The notes: generated by a model not told the origin, from the letters alone. 64,000 nucleotides of DNA from an uncultured Dehalococcoidia bacterium (GCA_964612825.1 CAZTCW010000033.1:69638-133637), one strand, 5' to 3'; shown: positions 1-11,620, numbered from the stretch's first letter. Made by a program: numbers and translations.

Positions 1-315
1 GACTGGACATTAGAAGGTCTTCTTCGTCTTTCAAGATTTAGAAGGGAAATCGGAAAAACATTCATTCTAAAATTATCCGCCATCCCCTCGTCATGGGAGC
101 TAGAATGCTTACACAATATCGGGATAGAAGGTTTGTTAATTGAGATAGAAAAACAAAGTAAAAAAGACATTAACACCCTCTCTGACCTAATTGAGGCGCT
201 TCCCAAAAAATCGAATCAAAGCCAAAAATTAATCCCATCTTTAGGTAATCTCCCCAATCATTCAGACGACCCCATTGAGCAACCAGATGATGATGATGAT
301 GATGATGATCTTTAG
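1..315 (+). CDS. 3' end of a gene truncated by the window edge; hypothetical protein with a C-terminal poly-Asp tail
   Basis: Frame 1 is open from base 1 to the TAG at 313-315, so the listed 133..315 ORF is only the tail. The protein ends EQPDDDDDDDDL. I recognise no family. Confidence 0.5.
   Translation, partial: DWTLEGLLRLSRFRREIGKTFILKLSAIPSSWELECLHNIGIEGLLIEIEKQSKKDINTLSDLIEALPKKSNQSQKLIPSLGNLPNHSDDPIEQPDDDDDDDDL
286..309 (+). repeat. (GAT)8 trinucleotide repeat encoding the D8 tail
   Basis: Eight perfect tandem GAT codons read directly from the sequence, immediately before CTT TAG. Confidence 0.9.
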
Positions 316-359
316 AAATCTCGGCAGACTCTTATAAGATAAGAAAGTGCGGATTTCGA

Positions 360-1064
360 ATGCTCCTACGTAATTTTGGCCAACTAATCGCTGACCCGTT
401 GGGATTTGCACCTTTCCTTATTTTGATTATCGGGGGATTAGTCATAGCAATTACCATTCATGAATTCAGTCATGCGTTTCTCGCCTACCGCATGGGAGAC
501 TTTACAGCGAAAAGTTTAGGAAGACTTTCGATCAACCCATTAGTTCACCTTGATCTAATGGGGAGCCTTATGCTGCTGATGGTAGGAATTGGCTGGGGGA
601 AACCCGTCCCCGTAAATGAAAGGGCATTCACAAAAAACCCCACAAGACAGATGGCAGTAGTAGCATTCGCCGGCCCTTTCTCAAATTTATTTATGGCCAT
701 GGTTCTATCTCTACCTTTCAATTTTGGTTTGATCGAACTCCCATTTCGATACACAGGGATGTTTGTTTCCACGACATACCAACAAGTGATTGGCGAGGTA
801 TTAATTACCCTTATCGCCATAAACTTACTTTTGGCTGTATTCAACCTTTTGCCGATTGCCCCTCTCGATGGATCGAAAGTTGCGAAAGGGGTCTTACCCT
901 CAAATATGGCCTATCGCCTTTCCCAATTAGATCCCTGGGGCCCAGGAATTCTCCTAACATTGATTGCCGCAGATTGGTTCCTTGGGGTAGGCATTTTAAG
1001 TTTATTGATAATCCCTCCCGTTAATGTTCTAGGAATAATCATACTGGGGCACCCCGTTTTATAG
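360..1064 (+). CDS. Site-2 protease family (peptidase M50) membrane metalloprotease
   Basis: HEFSH zinc motif (ITIHEFSHAFLA), a second conserved block NLLPIAPLDGSKV, and several hydrophobic segments. Confidence 0.85.
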   Translation: MLLRNFGQLIADPLGFAPFLILIIGGLVIAITIHEFSHAFLAYRMGDFTAKSLGRLSINPLVHLDLMGSLMLLMVGIGWGKPVPVNERAFTKNPTRQMAVVAFAGPFSNLFMAMVLSLPFNFGLIELPFRYTGMFVSTTYQQVIGEVLITLIAINLLLAVFNLLPIAPLDGSKVAKGVLPSNMAYRLSQLDPWGPGILLTLIAADWFLGVGILSLLIIPPVNVLGIIILGHPVL

Positions 1065-1171
1065 ATTTAGAACACATAATTCATATCCAAAAAGTTCGCC
1101 ATTAAGAACGTCTAGGTTATAATGGGCCGTAATATGCTTAGTTGGGAACAGATGCACTAGGAGGAATTTAG

Positions 1172-2170
1172 GTGGATAGGCTAACGATCATTGGTATGGG
1201 CTTGATCGGTACTTCATTCGGACTTGCGTTGAAAAAAGCGAGAATTCAAAATCTTGAGATTGTCGGCCACGACCTTGAACCAACCAACTCGTTAAAAGCC
1301 CAAAAGCGAGGAGCTTTAGACCGAGTTGAAAGGAACATTTTCAGCGCCATCAATGGAGCAAAAATAATCGTACTTGCCATACCGGTTTTGGCAATTAAAG
1401 AAATGATGGAACTAATCGGGCCATCGATTGAAGAAGGAACCATTGTAACCGATACTGGTTCCACAAAATTGCAAGTAACTAAATGGGCTGACGAAATTCT
1501 TCCCTCCGGCGTCAATTTCATTGGAGGACATCCAATGGCTGGAAGGGAGATTTCAGGTCCAGATGGAGCCGATGAGAATTTATTTAACGGAGCGGTTTAC
1601 GCTATTTGCCCAAGTCCAACGGCTGAAAAATTCGCCCAAAAATATGTAGTTGATCTAGCAGAAGCGATGGGAGCGAAACCATATTTTGTTGGTCCGGACG
1701 AACACGATATTTATGTAGCAGGAATTAGCCATCTTCCGTTCATGTTATCTATCGGCTTAATGAATACGACCGCAAATAACCCCGCGTGGAGAGAGATGTC
1801 CATGCTGGCCGCAAGTGGCTACAGAGATATCTCGAGATTGGCGTCCGGAGACCCGATTATGCATCGAGATATTTGTCTGACAAATCAAGAAGGGATTGTT
1901 TACTGGATTGATGAAACGATCAAGCAACTTTACGAATTCAGAAACAACATTCGGGATAACCCAAACGAATTAGAATTATCGTTTATCCGAGCATGGGAAT
2001 CCCGAGCCCGATGGCTCGCCCACAAAGAATCAGGGGCGGCACCTGGCGTTGAATTCCCCTCCTCATCTGACACAATGATGTCTTTATTAATGGGAGACAA
2101 GTTAGCAACAAGACTTAAGGAACTCACCGAAGAACGTGCTCGGGACCAAACCAAATACCACAAGGGATAA
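1172..2170 (+). CDS. tyrA: Prephenate/arogenate dehydrogenase
   Basis: N-terminal Rossmann motif IIGMGLIGTSFG and a GGHPMAG block. GTG start 7 nt after AGGAGG. Directly upstream of aroA. Confidence 0.85.
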   Translation: MDRLTIIGMGLIGTSFGLALKKARIQNLEIVGHDLEPTNSLKAQKRGALDRVERNIFSAINGAKIIVLAIPVLAIKEMMELIGPSIEEGTIVTDTGSTKLQVTKWADEILPSGVNFIGGHPMAGREISGPDGADENLFNGAVYAICPSPTAEKFAQKYVVDLAEAMGAKPYFVGPDEHDIYVAGISHLPFMLSIGLMNTTANNPAWREMSMLAASGYRDISRLASGDPIMHRDICLTNQEGIVYWIDETIKQLYEFRNNIRDNPNELELSFIRAWESRARWLAHKESGAAPGVEFPSSSDTMMSLLMGDKLATRLKELTEERARDQTKYHKG

Positions 2171-2174
2171 ACCA

Positions 2175-3464
2175 ATGAAGATCACCGTCAAAGGTGCCAA
2201 GATGCTCAGGGGTTCGCTGACACCACCCGGTGATAAGTCCACTTCCCACCGAGCCGCTATCTTGAACGTCTTGGCCAGCGGGAATTCCAAAGTAGAGAAT
2301 TTTTCACCGGGACAGGATTGCGCCTCCACCGTACATTGTTTGCGCGAAATGGGTGCATCCATCTTGGCCGACCCTCTCACCCCTAACTCGTTATTAATTG
2401 AAGGAACGGCTAACTCACTGAGTGAACCAGCTTCAATTCTTGATGCCGGAAATAGTGGGACAACAATGCGGTTATTAAGTGGTGTATTGGCTGGCCAATA
2501 TTTCCCCTCTGTCATTTCCGGAGATAAATCCTTGAATAGCAGACCAATGGCCCGAATTATTCAGCCATTAAAACTCATGGGTGCCAATGTTTCGGGCAGG
2601 AACAATGACACATTAGCCCCCATCATGTTCCGAGGCGGCCGCCTATCTGGAATAGAATATGAATTACCGGTTGCCAGCGCCCAGCTAAAATCATGTTTAC
2701 TGCTAGCGGGAATGTACGCTAATGGAACAACAAAAATAATTGAACCAACCCCATCTAGAGACCATACGGAAAAAATGTTAGCCGACATGGGAGTTCCTCT
2801 CACTATCAAAGATCAAGTGATTACGGTTGGCCAAGGGAAACTGAAGGCAAAAAATATTTTCGTCCCTTCAGATATCAGTTCGGCAGCATACTGGGCCGTT
2901 GCAGCGGCAGCTCACCCTGATAGCAAGATTACCATCAATGGTGTGGGGGTTAATCCAACGAGAACGGGAATATTAGAGATACTAGGTAGAATGAATGCGA
3001 AAATCAAGTTGGACAACTCAAGAAAAGAAGGCGTCGAAGATGTCGCAGATATCATTGTTGAATCCAGCGACCTCGTAGCCACTATAATTGAGGGAGACAT
3101 CATCCCTCGGCTTATAGATGAATTGCCCGTTATAGCAGTAGCAGCTTGTTATGCGAAAGGCACAACGGTCATTAAAGATGCCTCTGAACTGAGAGTAAAG
3201 GAATCCGATAGAATAAAAGCTATGGTAAGTCAATTAAAACGCATGGGTGGTAATATCAAAGAAACTGCCGACGGGATGGTTATACACGGTCCAGTTACCT
3301 TAAATGGAGCGACTTGTCGTAGTTTTGGCGATCACAGAGTCGCTATGTCTTTAGCTATCGCTGGTATTCTGGCACAAGGAGATACCACAATATTGAATGC
3401 CGAATGTTCTCAAATTTCTTATCCCGGATTTTGGGACCAAATTTATTCAATTTCAGGTAGATGA
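2175..3464 (+). CDS. aroA: 3-phosphoshikimate 1-carboxyvinyltransferase (EPSP synthase)
   Basis: Motifs LTPPGDKSTSHRAAIL, LDAGNSGTTMRLL and ELRVKESDRI. I prefer the ATG at 2175 (MKITVKG) over the track start at 2136, which overlaps tyrA. Confidence 0.95.
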   Translation: MKITVKGAKMLRGSLTPPGDKSTSHRAAILNVLASGNSKVENFSPGQDCASTVHCLREMGASILADPLTPNSLLIEGTANSLSEPASILDAGNSGTTMRLLSGVLAGQYFPSVISGDKSLNSRPMARIIQPLKLMGANVSGRNNDTLAPIMFRGGRLSGIEYELPVASAQLKSCLLLAGMYANGTTKIIEPTPSRDHTEKMLADMGVPLTIKDQVITVGQGKLKAKNIFVPSDISSAAYWAVAAAAHPDSKITINGVGVNPTRTGILEILGRMNAKIKLDNSRKEGVEDVADIIVESSDLVATIIEGDIIPRLIDELPVIAVAACYAKGTTVIKDASELRVKESDRIKAMVSQLKRMGGNIKETADGMVIHGPVTLNGATCRSFGDHRVAMSLAIAGILAQGDTTILNAECSQISYPGFWDQIYSISGR

Positions 3465-3465
3465 A

Positions 3466-4074
3466 TTGGTTAGAAAACTTCTCTCTGAAGATAATGCCCC
3501 GGAAAACCCCTTAGGGCTTCTGGTTATTCTCTCGGGGCCGTCAGGGGTAGGGAAAGACTCTGTATATAATCAAATGAAATCCTCAGGGAAACCTTACTTT
3601 TTTGCGGTCACCGCAACCACCCGTTCCCCCAGACCAAACGAAGAGCATGAGAAAGACTATATATTTCTTACTCCTGCTGAATTTGATGTAATGGTGGATG
3701 TAGGTGGATTCCTAGAGTGGGCCCAAGTTTATGGGAATCGATATGGCGTCCCAAAAGCTCCAATAGACGATGCCTTAGTGAAAGGCCAGACGGTGATCAT
3801 TAAAACAGATGTTCAAGGAGCGTCAACAATTAAAAAACTGATATCGAGAGCGATTTTCATTTTCTTAGCCCCTGCATCGATGAATGAATTGGAACGTCGG
3901 CTTCGTAACCGTTTAACCGAGAGCAAGACCGATATATCATTACGACTCAAAACAGCTAAAGCTGAGATGGGACATCAGGCAATGTTTGACTATACCGTTA
4001 TCAACCATGAAGGTGAATTAAAACAGACCGTTTCGGAAATTGAATTAATCATTAACAAGGAACGAGAAAAATAA
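3466..4074 (+). CDS. gmk: Guanylate kinase
   Basis: P-loop SGPSGVGKDS and the TTRSPRPNEEHEKDYIF block. The start is uncertain. The ATG at 3397 overlaps aroA by 68 nt, and the TTG at 3466 gives a typical ~200-aa protein. Confidence 0.88.
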   Translation: MVRKLLSEDNAPENPLGLLVILSGPSGVGKDSVYNQMKSSGKPYFFAVTATTRSPRPNEEHEKDYIFLTPAEFDVMVDVGGFLEWAQVYGNRYGVPKAPIDDALVKGQTVIIKTDVQGASTIKKLISRAIFIFLAPASMNELERRLRNRLTESKTDISLRLKTAKAEMGHQAMFDYTVINHEGELKQTVSEIELIINKEREK

Positions 4075-4147
4075 AGACCTTCTTCCATTAAGTCTGCCTA
4101 GCTTATCATGGTCCTCATTATAGAATCGATGGAGAAAGTGAAGGAGA

Positions 4148-4777
4148 ATGAAAGTGTCATCAATGGAATTGTTCGAAGCGATACATACCCAAAGAGCAAT
4201 CCGGAGGTACAAGCCAGACCCAATCCCTCCTGAAGTAATTCACCAAATTCTAGACGCAGCTATCAGAGCCCCTAGTGGTAGCAATCTGCAACCCTGGAAT
4301 TTTTTGGTTATATCCGATATTTCCACTAAAAAAAGGATTGGGGAATTTTACAAGAAATCTTGGGATATCACCTTTGGGAGCGGGAGGAGACCCAGTGGCC
4401 ATCTCAAATCATCCGTCCGGATTTCGGCACAATATTTGGCGGATCATATGGAAGAAGCCCCCATTCTGATTCTTGCCTGTATCCAAACTAATGGATCCCC
4501 GGGAAGCACAATACGGGGTTCTTCAATCTATCCAGCCGTACAAAACTTGATGTTGGCAGCAAGAGCTTTAGAAATTGGCAGCGTAATTACCACTCTCCAC
4601 ACTCGATATGAACAAGAGATTAAAAATCTTTTGGAAATACCTGATAACGTTGAAACGGTTGCCTTAATTCCATTAGGATACCCGACAAAGGAAGAACATT
4701 TTGGGAAAAACAAGCGGACCCCAGTTGAACTTGTCACGTTTAATGGGAAATGGGGTAACCCATGGCAACTCGAATAA
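4148..4777 (+). CDS. Nitroreductase family protein
   Basis: AIRRYKPDPIPPEVIHQILDAAIRAPSGSNLQPWNFLVI is a typical nitroreductase N-terminus. GAAGGAGA lies just upstream of the ATG. Confidence 0.85.
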   Translation: MKVSSMELFEAIHTQRAIRRYKPDPIPPEVIHQILDAAIRAPSGSNLQPWNFLVISDISTKKRIGEFYKKSWDITFGSGRRPSGHLKSSVRISAQYLADHMEEAPILILACIQTNGSPGSTIRGSSIYPAVQNLMLAARALEIGSVITTLHTRYEQEIKNLLEIPDNVETVALIPLGYPTKEEHFGKNKRTPVELVTFNGKWGNPWQLE

Positions 4778-4797
4778 GCTAGATTTCAGCAACCGGT

Positions 4798-6783
4798 TTA
4801 CGAATCACCATCTGTCATAATTTTAGTGCGAATCTCCACTATCTCATCTCGAATTAATGCTGCTTTTTCAAACTCCAAGTTCTGGGCAGCCTGTTTCATC
4901 TGTCTTTCTAAGCCTTTTACCATGCGGGTTGCTTCTTCTTTACCCAAACTGCCAATCTCCAGCGATTGATCGGGGATTTGAATTTGGCTGCGAACCCTGT
5001 CCGTAATATCACGAACAGCTTTACGTATTCCAGTCGGAGTTATACCATTACGCGTATTGAATTCTTCTTGAATTTCTCGGCGCCTGTAAGTCTCGTTCAG
5101 GGCCTTCTCCATAGAGGCAGTCATTTTGTCCGCATACATAATCACATGTCCGTCCTCATGACGAGCAGCCCGCCCTATAGTTTGGACTAACGAGGTTTCA
5201 GACCTTAAATAACCCTCTTTGTCTGCGTCTAAAATAGCGACCAAGCTAACTTCCGGTAAATCTAATCCTTCTCGTAATAAATTGATCCCAACAACAACAT
5301 CGTAAACACCTAAACGAAGATCTCTGAGGATTTCGCTCCGTTCTAAAGTTACAATATCGGAATGAAGATAATGAATTTTGACGCCCATTTCCTTCAGATA
5401 ATCTGAAAGTTCCTCCGCCATTCGTTTCGTTAAGGTCGTCACTAATACTCTTTGTCCTTTAGACACCCTATTTTCAATCTGTGTTAGAAGGTCGTCAATT
5501 TGATCTTTTGTCCGCTTGACTTCAATCGTTGGGTCCAATAATCCCGTTGGTCGAATTACCTGTTCTACGACATTTGAACTTTTCATGAGTTCATACGGCC
5601 CGGGAGTAGCTGATACAAAAACCACTTGGTTTAATCTCCCTTCAAACTCTTGAAAAGCCAAGGGTCGATTATCCAGGGCTGACGGAAGCCGGAAACCGTA
5701 TTCGACCAACGTCTGTTTTCTTGAGATATCTCCCCGGTACATCCCCCTCACCTGAGGAATTGTCATATGAGCCTCATCAACAAACATGATGTAATCCTCT
5801 GGAAAATAATCCAAAAGAGTCCATGGAGGACTTCCCGGTTCACGATCAGAGAGATGCCGTGAATAATTTTCAATGCCTGAGCAGTATCCTACTTCCTGGA
5901 GCATTTCCAAATCATAACGAGTACGTTGCTCCAGCCGAGCTGCCTCGAGAACATGTCCTTCAGACCTAAGAAATGTTAATCGCTCGTCAAGTTCATACAA
6001 TATTGATGTTTGGGCTCTCTGCAATTTTTCTTTACTGGTTACGAAATGTTTGGCTGGATAAATTTGGATATCTTGACGGCTTGATAACATCTCTCCGGTT
6101 AATGGGTCTAATTCAAGAATCTCTTCCACTTCATCCCCAAAAAAAGAAATTCGGATTGCCAACTCATCATAGGCAGGGAATATATCAAGAGTATCCCCTC
6201 TTACCCTAAAAGTTCCCCTATGGAAGTCCAAGTCATTCCGTTCATATTGCATTGCCACTAATGAACGAATCAGTTGACGGGGACTTCGTTTTTGACCTTC
6301 AAATACTTCAGATACAAAACTGTGATATTCAGCTGGATCCCCTAACCCATAGATACATGAAACGGAAGCCACAATCACTACATCTGTTCTAGTTAACAAA
6401 GCTCTTGTTGCCGCGTGCCGAAATCGGTCAATTTCCTCATTTACGCCCGCGTCTTTTTCGATATATGTATCAGTTCTAGGAATATATGCTTCAGGCTGAT
6501 AGTAATCGTAATAGGATACAAAGTATTCCACCGCGTTATCGGGGAAAAATTCCTTGAATTCTGTGACTAATTGGGCGGCCAGTGTCTTGTTATGGGCAAT
6601 TACAAGCGTAGGCTTTTGCACTTCTTCAATAATTCTCGCCATGGTGAAGGTTTTCCCGCTACCAGTCACACCTAAAAGGGTTTGATAAGGGGTGCCATTT
6701 AAAAGTCCCTCTGATAGGCCTCGCACCGCTTGAGGTTGGTCACCTGTTGCCTGAAATTCGGAAACAATTCGAAAGCTGGACAT
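4798..6783 (-). CDS. uvrB: Excinuclease ABC subunit B
   Basis: Walker [29 protein letters not shown], and a C-terminal UVR motif [13 protein letters not shown]. The likely start is the second Met ([10 protein letters not shown]) at 6783. Confidence 0.97.
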   Translation of the reverse strand: MSSFRIVSEFQATGDQPQAVRGLSEGLLNGTPYQTLLGVTGSGKTFTMARIIEEVQKPTLVIAHNKTLAAQLVTEFKEFFPDNAVEYFVSYYDYYQPEAYIPRTDTYIEKDAGVNEEIDRFRHAATRALLTRTDVVIVASVSCIYGLGDPAEYHSFVSEVFEGQKRSPRQLIRSLVAMQYERNDLDFHRGTFRVRGDTLDIFPAYDELAIRISFFGDEVEEILELDPLTGEMLSSRQDIQIYPAKHFVTSKEKLQRAQTSILYELDERLTFLRSEGHVLEAARLEQRTRYDLEMLQEVGYCSGIENYSRHLSDREPGSPPWTLLDYFPEDYIMFVDEAHMTIPQVRGMYRGDISRKQTLVEYGFRLPSALDNRPLAFQEFEGRLNQVVFVSATPGPYELMKSSNVVEQVIRPTGLLDPTIEVKRTKDQIDDLLTQIENRVSKGQRVLVTTLTKRMAEELSDYLKEMGVKIHYLHSDIVTLERSEILRDLRLGVYDVVVGINLLREGLDLPEVSLVAILDADKEGYLRSETSLVQTIGRAARHEDGHVIMYADKMTASMEKALNETYRRREIQEEFNTRNGITPTGIRKAVRDITDRVRSQIQIPDQSLEIGSLGKEEATRMVKGLERQMKQAAQNLEFEKAALIRDEIVEIRTKIMTDGDS

Positions 6784-6867
6784 TTCAACGGTAATTGTAC
6801 ACCAGATAGTATATAAAGTAGAGCAGATCATGTACTCTAAATTTGAACGGACCCTGAGGAGGGATTT

Positions 6868-8649
6868 TTGAAAATCCTTTTACGCCTATTAGGTTTGGCG
6901 TGGGGACATCCCAAGCCTTTAATAGCGGCATATGGTTGTTTAATCGCAACAAACTGTTTCGCCCTGACGATTCCGTACCTGTTAGGAAACACGATAGACC
7001 AGGTTTTAGAAATAGGGAATCCTCAGGACATTGTTAATTTTTGTTTGGCAATTTTATTTGTCGCAGCATTTAGAGGAGCATTCTCTTTCGGCCAAACTTA
7101 TTTTGGGGAGCAGGTTTCCCAACTTGTAGCATTTGATTTGAGAAACAACCTTTACAGGCATCTCCTTACTCTCAGTTTTTCCTTCCATGACAAACAGCAA
7201 ACTGGGAATTTAATGTCAAAAGTTACGGCTGACGTTGAGGCTATAAGAAACTTTGTTCAGACGGGGACGTTGCGGATAAGTCAAACCATATTCCTTTTAA
7301 CTGGGACCACAGTCATATTATTGATTACCAATTGGAGGCTTGCCCTCATAAGCCTAGGGTTCATCCCAATAGTTTTCTGGAGATCAACGGTTTCAAGTCT
7401 ATCGTTACGTCAACTGTGGCTCCATATACATAACAGACTCGGTCACCTCACCACATTATTACAGGAGAATCTAAATGGGGTCCGAATCATCCGAGTTTTC
7501 GGCGCCAAACAGTATGAAATCTCCAAATTCCAATCGGCAGCTGAAGAAATCGCCGTCTCCACAATCAAAGCTGGCCGGCAAGAGGCGTTAAACACCTCTG
7601 TATTAGCCTTATCCTTTGCCATCACCACAGGAATAATATTGTGGTTTGGCGGTCAAGAGGTACTTCATGGACGGCTCTCTCCTGGAGAGTTTGCCAAATT
7701 TGTTTTCTACCTCGGATTAATTACAGGTCCGGTCAGAATGTCAGGGGGGATAATCTCACGACTTTCAAGAGCTGCCTCAGCTGGACAAAGGGTTTACGAA
7801 GTTCTTGACTCCTTCCCGGAAATTCAAGAAAAACCCCTGGCAAGGGTTCTTCCTCCTGTCACGGGATTTATAAAATTCGAAAATCTGCATTTCGCATACA
7901 ATAAAGATCTCTGGACTCTTCAAGATATTTGTTTCGAAGCACGCCCGGGGGAGGTAATCGCACTTTTGGGAGCTCCCGGGAGCGGAAAATCAAGTGTTGT
8001 ACAACTTATTTCTCGGTTTTATGACCCAACTTTTGGAAGGGTTACGATTGACGAGATTGACATTCGAGATGTCACTTTATCCTCATTACGCACACAAATT
8101 GGATTTGTAATGCAAGACGTATTTATTTTTTCAAACACGATCCGTAACAACATCGCCTATGGGAAACCGGATGCAACAATGGAGGAGATAAAGCAAGTTT
8201 CGAAGATAGCCCAACTTCACAGTTTCATAAACTCCCTACCTGAGGGTTATGAAACATTTATTGGAGAACGAGGAATCACTCTTTCAGGAGGCCAACGGCA
8301 AAGGTTGGCCATAGCTCGAACTTTGTTAATTGACCCTCCAATCCTCGTTCTAGATGACTCAACCTCCAGCGTGGATGCAGAAACCGAAGATCTTCTTCAA
8401 TCGGCTCTAACTGATGTGATGAAAGGCCGTACGGCCTTCATAATTGCCCATCGCCTTAGTTCCGTGAGAAACGCAGATCAGATCTTAATTTTGGAGGATG
8501 GCAAAATTATCCAACGGGGGAATCATACGGAATTACTTAAAATAAATGGACCATATCAAAATTTGTACCACCTTCAACTTATGCCAGAGGGATTATTACC
8601 TGTGAGTAAAGATTCAGAAATTCTTCCATCCAAACGGGGGTCAAACTGA
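6868..8649 (+). CDS. ABC transporter permease/ATP-binding fusion (type I exporter half-transporter, subunit 1)
   Basis: N-terminal six-TM-like domain, then [22 protein letters not shown] and [11 protein letters not shown] start 4 nt after GAGGAGGG. Confidence 0.9.
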   Translation: MKILLRLLGLAWGHPKPLIAAYGCLIATNCFALTIPYLLGNTIDQVLEIGNPQDIVNFCLAILFVAAFRGAFSFGQTYFGEQVSQLVAFDLRNNLYRHLLTLSFSFHDKQQTGNLMSKVTADVEAIRNFVQTGTLRISQTIFLLTGTTVILLITNWRLALISLGFIPIVFWRSTVSSLSLRQLWLHIHNRLGHLTTLLQENLNGVRIIRVFGAKQYEISKFQSAAEEIAVSTIKAGRQEALNTSVLALSFAITTGIILWFGGQEVLHGRLSPGEFAKFVFYLGLITGPVRMSGGIISRLSRAASAGQRVYEVLDSFPEIQEKPLARVLPPVTGFIKFENLHFAYNKDLWTLQDICFEARPGEVIALLGAPGSGKSSVVQLISRFYDPTFGRVTIDEIDIRDVTLSSLRTQIGFVMQDVFIFSNTIRNNIAYGKPDATMEEIKQVSKIAQLHSFINSLPEGYETFIGERGITLSGGQRQRLAIARTLLIDPPILVLDDSTSSVDAETEDLLQSALTDVMKGRTAFIIAHRLSSVRNADQILILEDGKIIQRGNHTELLKINGPYQNLYHLQLMPEGLLPVSKDSEILPSKRGSN

Positions 8650-8650
8650 C

Positions 8651-10468
8651 ATGAGGGTTGGAGGTCATGGTCATGGAAGAATGCGAGGGTCAATCGAAGA
8701 AAATGACGAGAGACGAGGTAAACTATATGACCACAAGGTCGTAAGAAGATTCGCAAGTTACGTACGTCCAAACCGAAAAACTGCTGCGATAAGCTTGGTT
8801 TCAATGTTGGTTTATACATTCACTACTGTTGGACAACCTTGGATAATAAAATTAGCAGTGGATTCCCTCATTAACGTATACCAAGAAAAAACCCTTGGAA
8901 ATCTTGTTTTTATCGTGGGATTGTTTTCGCTAAATGCATTTGTAAACTTTCTGGCAAATTATGTCTATGTTGTTAGCCTATCTAAAGTTAGTCAACAAAT
9001 CCTTTTTAGCCTTCGAACCCAAATGTTTAACCATCTACAAAATTTATCCATACGATTTTTCGACAGAAACGAGGTCGGACGGATAATGTCAAGAGCACAA
9101 AATGATGTCAACCAACTACAAGAATTCTTCAATATGGTTCTCATCACCGTTGCTGATTCTCTGGCACTAATAGGGATTGTTGTAGCTCTGTTTTTGATGG
9201 ATGCCAAACTGGCGATAATTACGCTAAGTGTAATCCCAATACTTCTCTTGGTTCTTTTAGTGTGGCGACGATTTGCCTGGGATTCATTTATGGAAGTCCG
9301 CAGGGCAATTTCAGCCGTGAATGGGATGCTCCAAGAAAATATTTCCGGAGTGAGAATCATCCAATCCCTCAATCGAGAATCGGCTAATTATGGAGAATTC
9401 AGAGACCTAAATTTCAAGCATTTTACAGCAAATATGTATGCTACCCGCCTTTCCGGGGTTCTAAATCCCATAGTAGAAATCCTAACGGCCATTTCAATTG
9501 TTTTAGTCGTTTTTATCGGAGGGATCATGGTCACCAATGCCACCCTTAACATTAGCGTGGTAATAGCATTTATCCTGTATATCCAAAGATTTTTTGACCC
9601 CATCCGGGGCCTCACAAATCAGTACACTGGTTTCCAACGGGCCATGACATCAGGTGTAAGGATTTTCAATTTACTAGATACCGAGATAGAAGTAAAAGAC
9701 CCCCTAAACCCTAAGCCATTCAAAAGAATTAACGGAACAATTAACTTAGAAAACATCCATTTCCATTACACCCCAGAAATACCAATAATCAGAGGTTTAA
9801 CATTAAATATCTCTGAGGGAGAAACAATAGCTCTTGTTGGAACAACAGGCGCTGGAAAGACCACATTGGCGAGCTTAATTACCCGTTTCTATGATGTCAC
9901 TCAAGGAAAGGTTATATTAGACGGACACGACATCAGAGAAATACCTCAATCAATTTTGTCGCGTCATATGGCAATGGTTCCCCAAGAACCCTTCCTATTT
10001 TCCCAATCTATCACTTCGAATATAAAATTCAATCGAATCTCCGCAACAACAGATGAAATAATTGAGGCGTCCACAATTGTAAATGCACATGAATTCATCC
10101 AAAAATTACCATTGGGGTACGATACCATCCTACAAGAACGGGGACAGAATCTTAGCTTAGGGGAGCGACAGTTAATCAGCTTCGCCCGGGCTATTTTAGC
10201 CGACCCTAAGATATTGATTTTGGACGAAGCTACAGCCAACATTGATAGCCATACAGAATATCTAATTCAAAGGGCTCTTCGAAGGATTCTCTCTAATCGC
10301 ACCTCGATCGTGATAGCCCACAGGTTAAGCACTATCCGAGGGGCAGATCGAATCATTGTTTTGGACCATGGACTCATCGCCGAACAAGGGACACATGAGG
10401 AACTGATGACTAAGGGCAAAGTATACGGCCACCTGTATAAAAAATATTTTTCGCTACAAGAAAACTAG
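8651..10468 (+). CDS. ABC transporter permease/ATP-binding fusion (exporter half-transporter, subunit 2)
   Basis: GTTGAGKTT, LSLGERQLISFAR and LILDEATA. It starts 2 nt after the preceding stop, so a heterodimeric pair is likely. Confidence 0.9.
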   Translation: MRVGGHGHGRMRGSIEENDERRGKLYDHKVVRRFASYVRPNRKTAAISLVSMLVYTFTTVGQPWIIKLAVDSLINVYQEKTLGNLVFIVGLFSLNAFVNFLANYVYVVSLSKVSQQILFSLRTQMFNHLQNLSIRFFDRNEVGRIMSRAQNDVNQLQEFFNMVLITVADSLALIGIVVALFLMDAKLAIITLSVIPILLLVLLVWRRFAWDSFMEVRRAISAVNGMLQENISGVRIIQSLNRESANYGEFRDLNFKHFTANMYATRLSGVLNPIVEILTAISIVLVVFIGGIMVTNATLNISVVIAFILYIQRFFDPIRGLTNQYTGFQRAMTSGVRIFNLLDTEIEVKDPLNPKPFKRINGTINLENIHFHYTPEIPIIRGLTLNISEGETIALVGTTGAGKTTLASLITRFYDVTQGKVILDGHDIREIPQSILSRHMAMVPQEPFLFSQSITSNIKFNRISATTDEIIEASTIVNAHEFIQKLPLGYDTILQERGQNLSLGERQLISFARAILADPKILILDEATANIDSHTEYLIQRALRRILSNRTSIVIAHRLSTIRGADRIIVLDHGLIAEQGTHEELMTKGKVYGHLYKKYFSLQEN

Positions 10469-10474
10469 TAAACA

Positions 10475-11518
10475 TCAGAATAAGTTACCCTGTTGAGGAT
10501 TGTTCGTTTTTTTTTCAGGAAATTTCAAATCTAGATGCTCGTAGGCATGTCTAGTGGCCACTCGCCCTCTTGGTGTCCGTTCTAAGAATCCTAATTGAAG
10601 CAAATACGGTTCATACACATCCATAACAGTATCAGCCTCTTCACTAATCGATGCGGCGATCGTATCAAGGCCTACAGGCCCCCCATCAAATTTTTCAATC
10701 ACGGTCAACAAAACCTTGTGATCAGCCTCTTCTAATCCTAATGCATCAATTTGCAACAAATCCAAAGCAGTCAACGAAACTTCCTTGTCAATAACTCCAT
10801 TTCCTTTCACTTGAGCATAATCACGTACCCTACGAAGCAATCGATTCGCGACCCTTGGGGTGCCACGCGATCGGGAAGCAATCTGCTGTAATCCTTCATC
10901 ACGCCCATCAATCTGAAGAATGTTTGATGACCTCTTTAAGATATCTAAAACTTCTCCGGAGTTGTAAAAATCTAGTCGGTGGACTGAACCAAATCTATCC
11001 CTTAACGGAGCGCTAAGCATAGCGAATCGCGTAGTAGCCCCCACTAGGGTAAACGGTTTAAGATGAAGCCTAAGGCTTCTGGCTCCAGGCCCTCTTCCCA
11101 TAACTACATCAATAGCAAAGTCCTCTAAAGCAGGGTAAAGGACCTCCTCAACCGTCCGGTTCAATCGATGTATTTCATCAATAAAAAGGATGTCATGCTC
11201 ATTTAAATTAGTGAGAATTGCGGCGAGATCCCCAGGGCGTTCAATTGCTGGCCCTGAAGTCACTCTTAGGTTCACATCCATTTCATGGCTAAGAATATAA
11301 GCTAGTGTAGTCTTCCCCAATCCAGGAGGTCCGTAGAGAAGAAGATGGTCTAATGGTTCTCCTCGCATCCGAGCAGCCTGAATCCCGATACTCAAGTTCT
11401 GTTTTAGTAATTCTTGCCCAATGTAATCAGTAAGACGCGTCGGTCTAAGGGTACGATCAAAAGAGTTATCTTCATCTTGAAGGTTGCCGGAAACTATCCT
11501 ATCCACTACAATCCTCAA
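10475..11518 (-). CDS. ruvB: Holliday junction branch migration DNA helicase RuvB
   Basis: [24 protein letters not shown], and full-length RuvB-like sequence throughout. Confidence 0.97.
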   Translation of the reverse strand: MRIVVDRIVSGNLQDEDNSFDRTLRPTRLTDYIGQELLKQNLSIGIQAARMRGEPLDHLLLYGPPGLGKTTLAYILSHEMDVNLRVTSGPAIERPGDLAAILTNLNEHDILFIDEIHRLNRTVEEVLYPALEDFAIDVVMGRGPGARSLRLHLKPFTLVGATTRFAMLSAPLRDRFGSVHRLDFYNSGEVLDILKRSSNILQIDGRDEGLQQIASRSRGTPRVANRLLRRVRDYAQVKGNGVIDKEVSLTALDLLQIDALGLEEADHKVLLTVIEKFDGGPVGLDTIAASISEEADTVMDVYEPYLLQLGFLERTPRGRVATRHAYEHLDLKFPEKKTNNPQQGNLF

Positions 11519-11591
11519 ACTTCACAACAGAATTATTCTAGGCAATTTAGCGAGTTCAGGTCAAGCGAATATTGGATTTAACAAGTTCAAA

Positions 11592-11620
11592 TTGACACCC
11601 TAAATAGCTTCAACTAGACT
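11592..11620 (+). promoter_or_regulatory. Putative sigma70-type promoter, TTGACA-N17-TAGACT, upstream of the mutase operon
   Basis: TTGACA at 11592-11597, a 17-nt spacer, and TAGACT at 11615-11620, about 40 nt before the TTG start. Confidence 0.35.

Noticed and set aside
2102-2515. Long antisense ORFs: 2102..2515, 8992..9372, 14417..14788, 16792..17199, 19059..19430, 21116..21508, 26327..26734, 26845..27207, 36466..36882 and 47762..48139.
   Set aside because: Each lies fully inside a confidently identified gene on the other strand. None has a start context or a recognisable family, so they are shadow ORFs.
6784-6867. A LexA/SOS box upstream of uvrB.
   Set aside because: I found neither a CTGT-N8-ACAG nor a GAAC-N4-GTTC type palindrome in the 84-nt divergent region.
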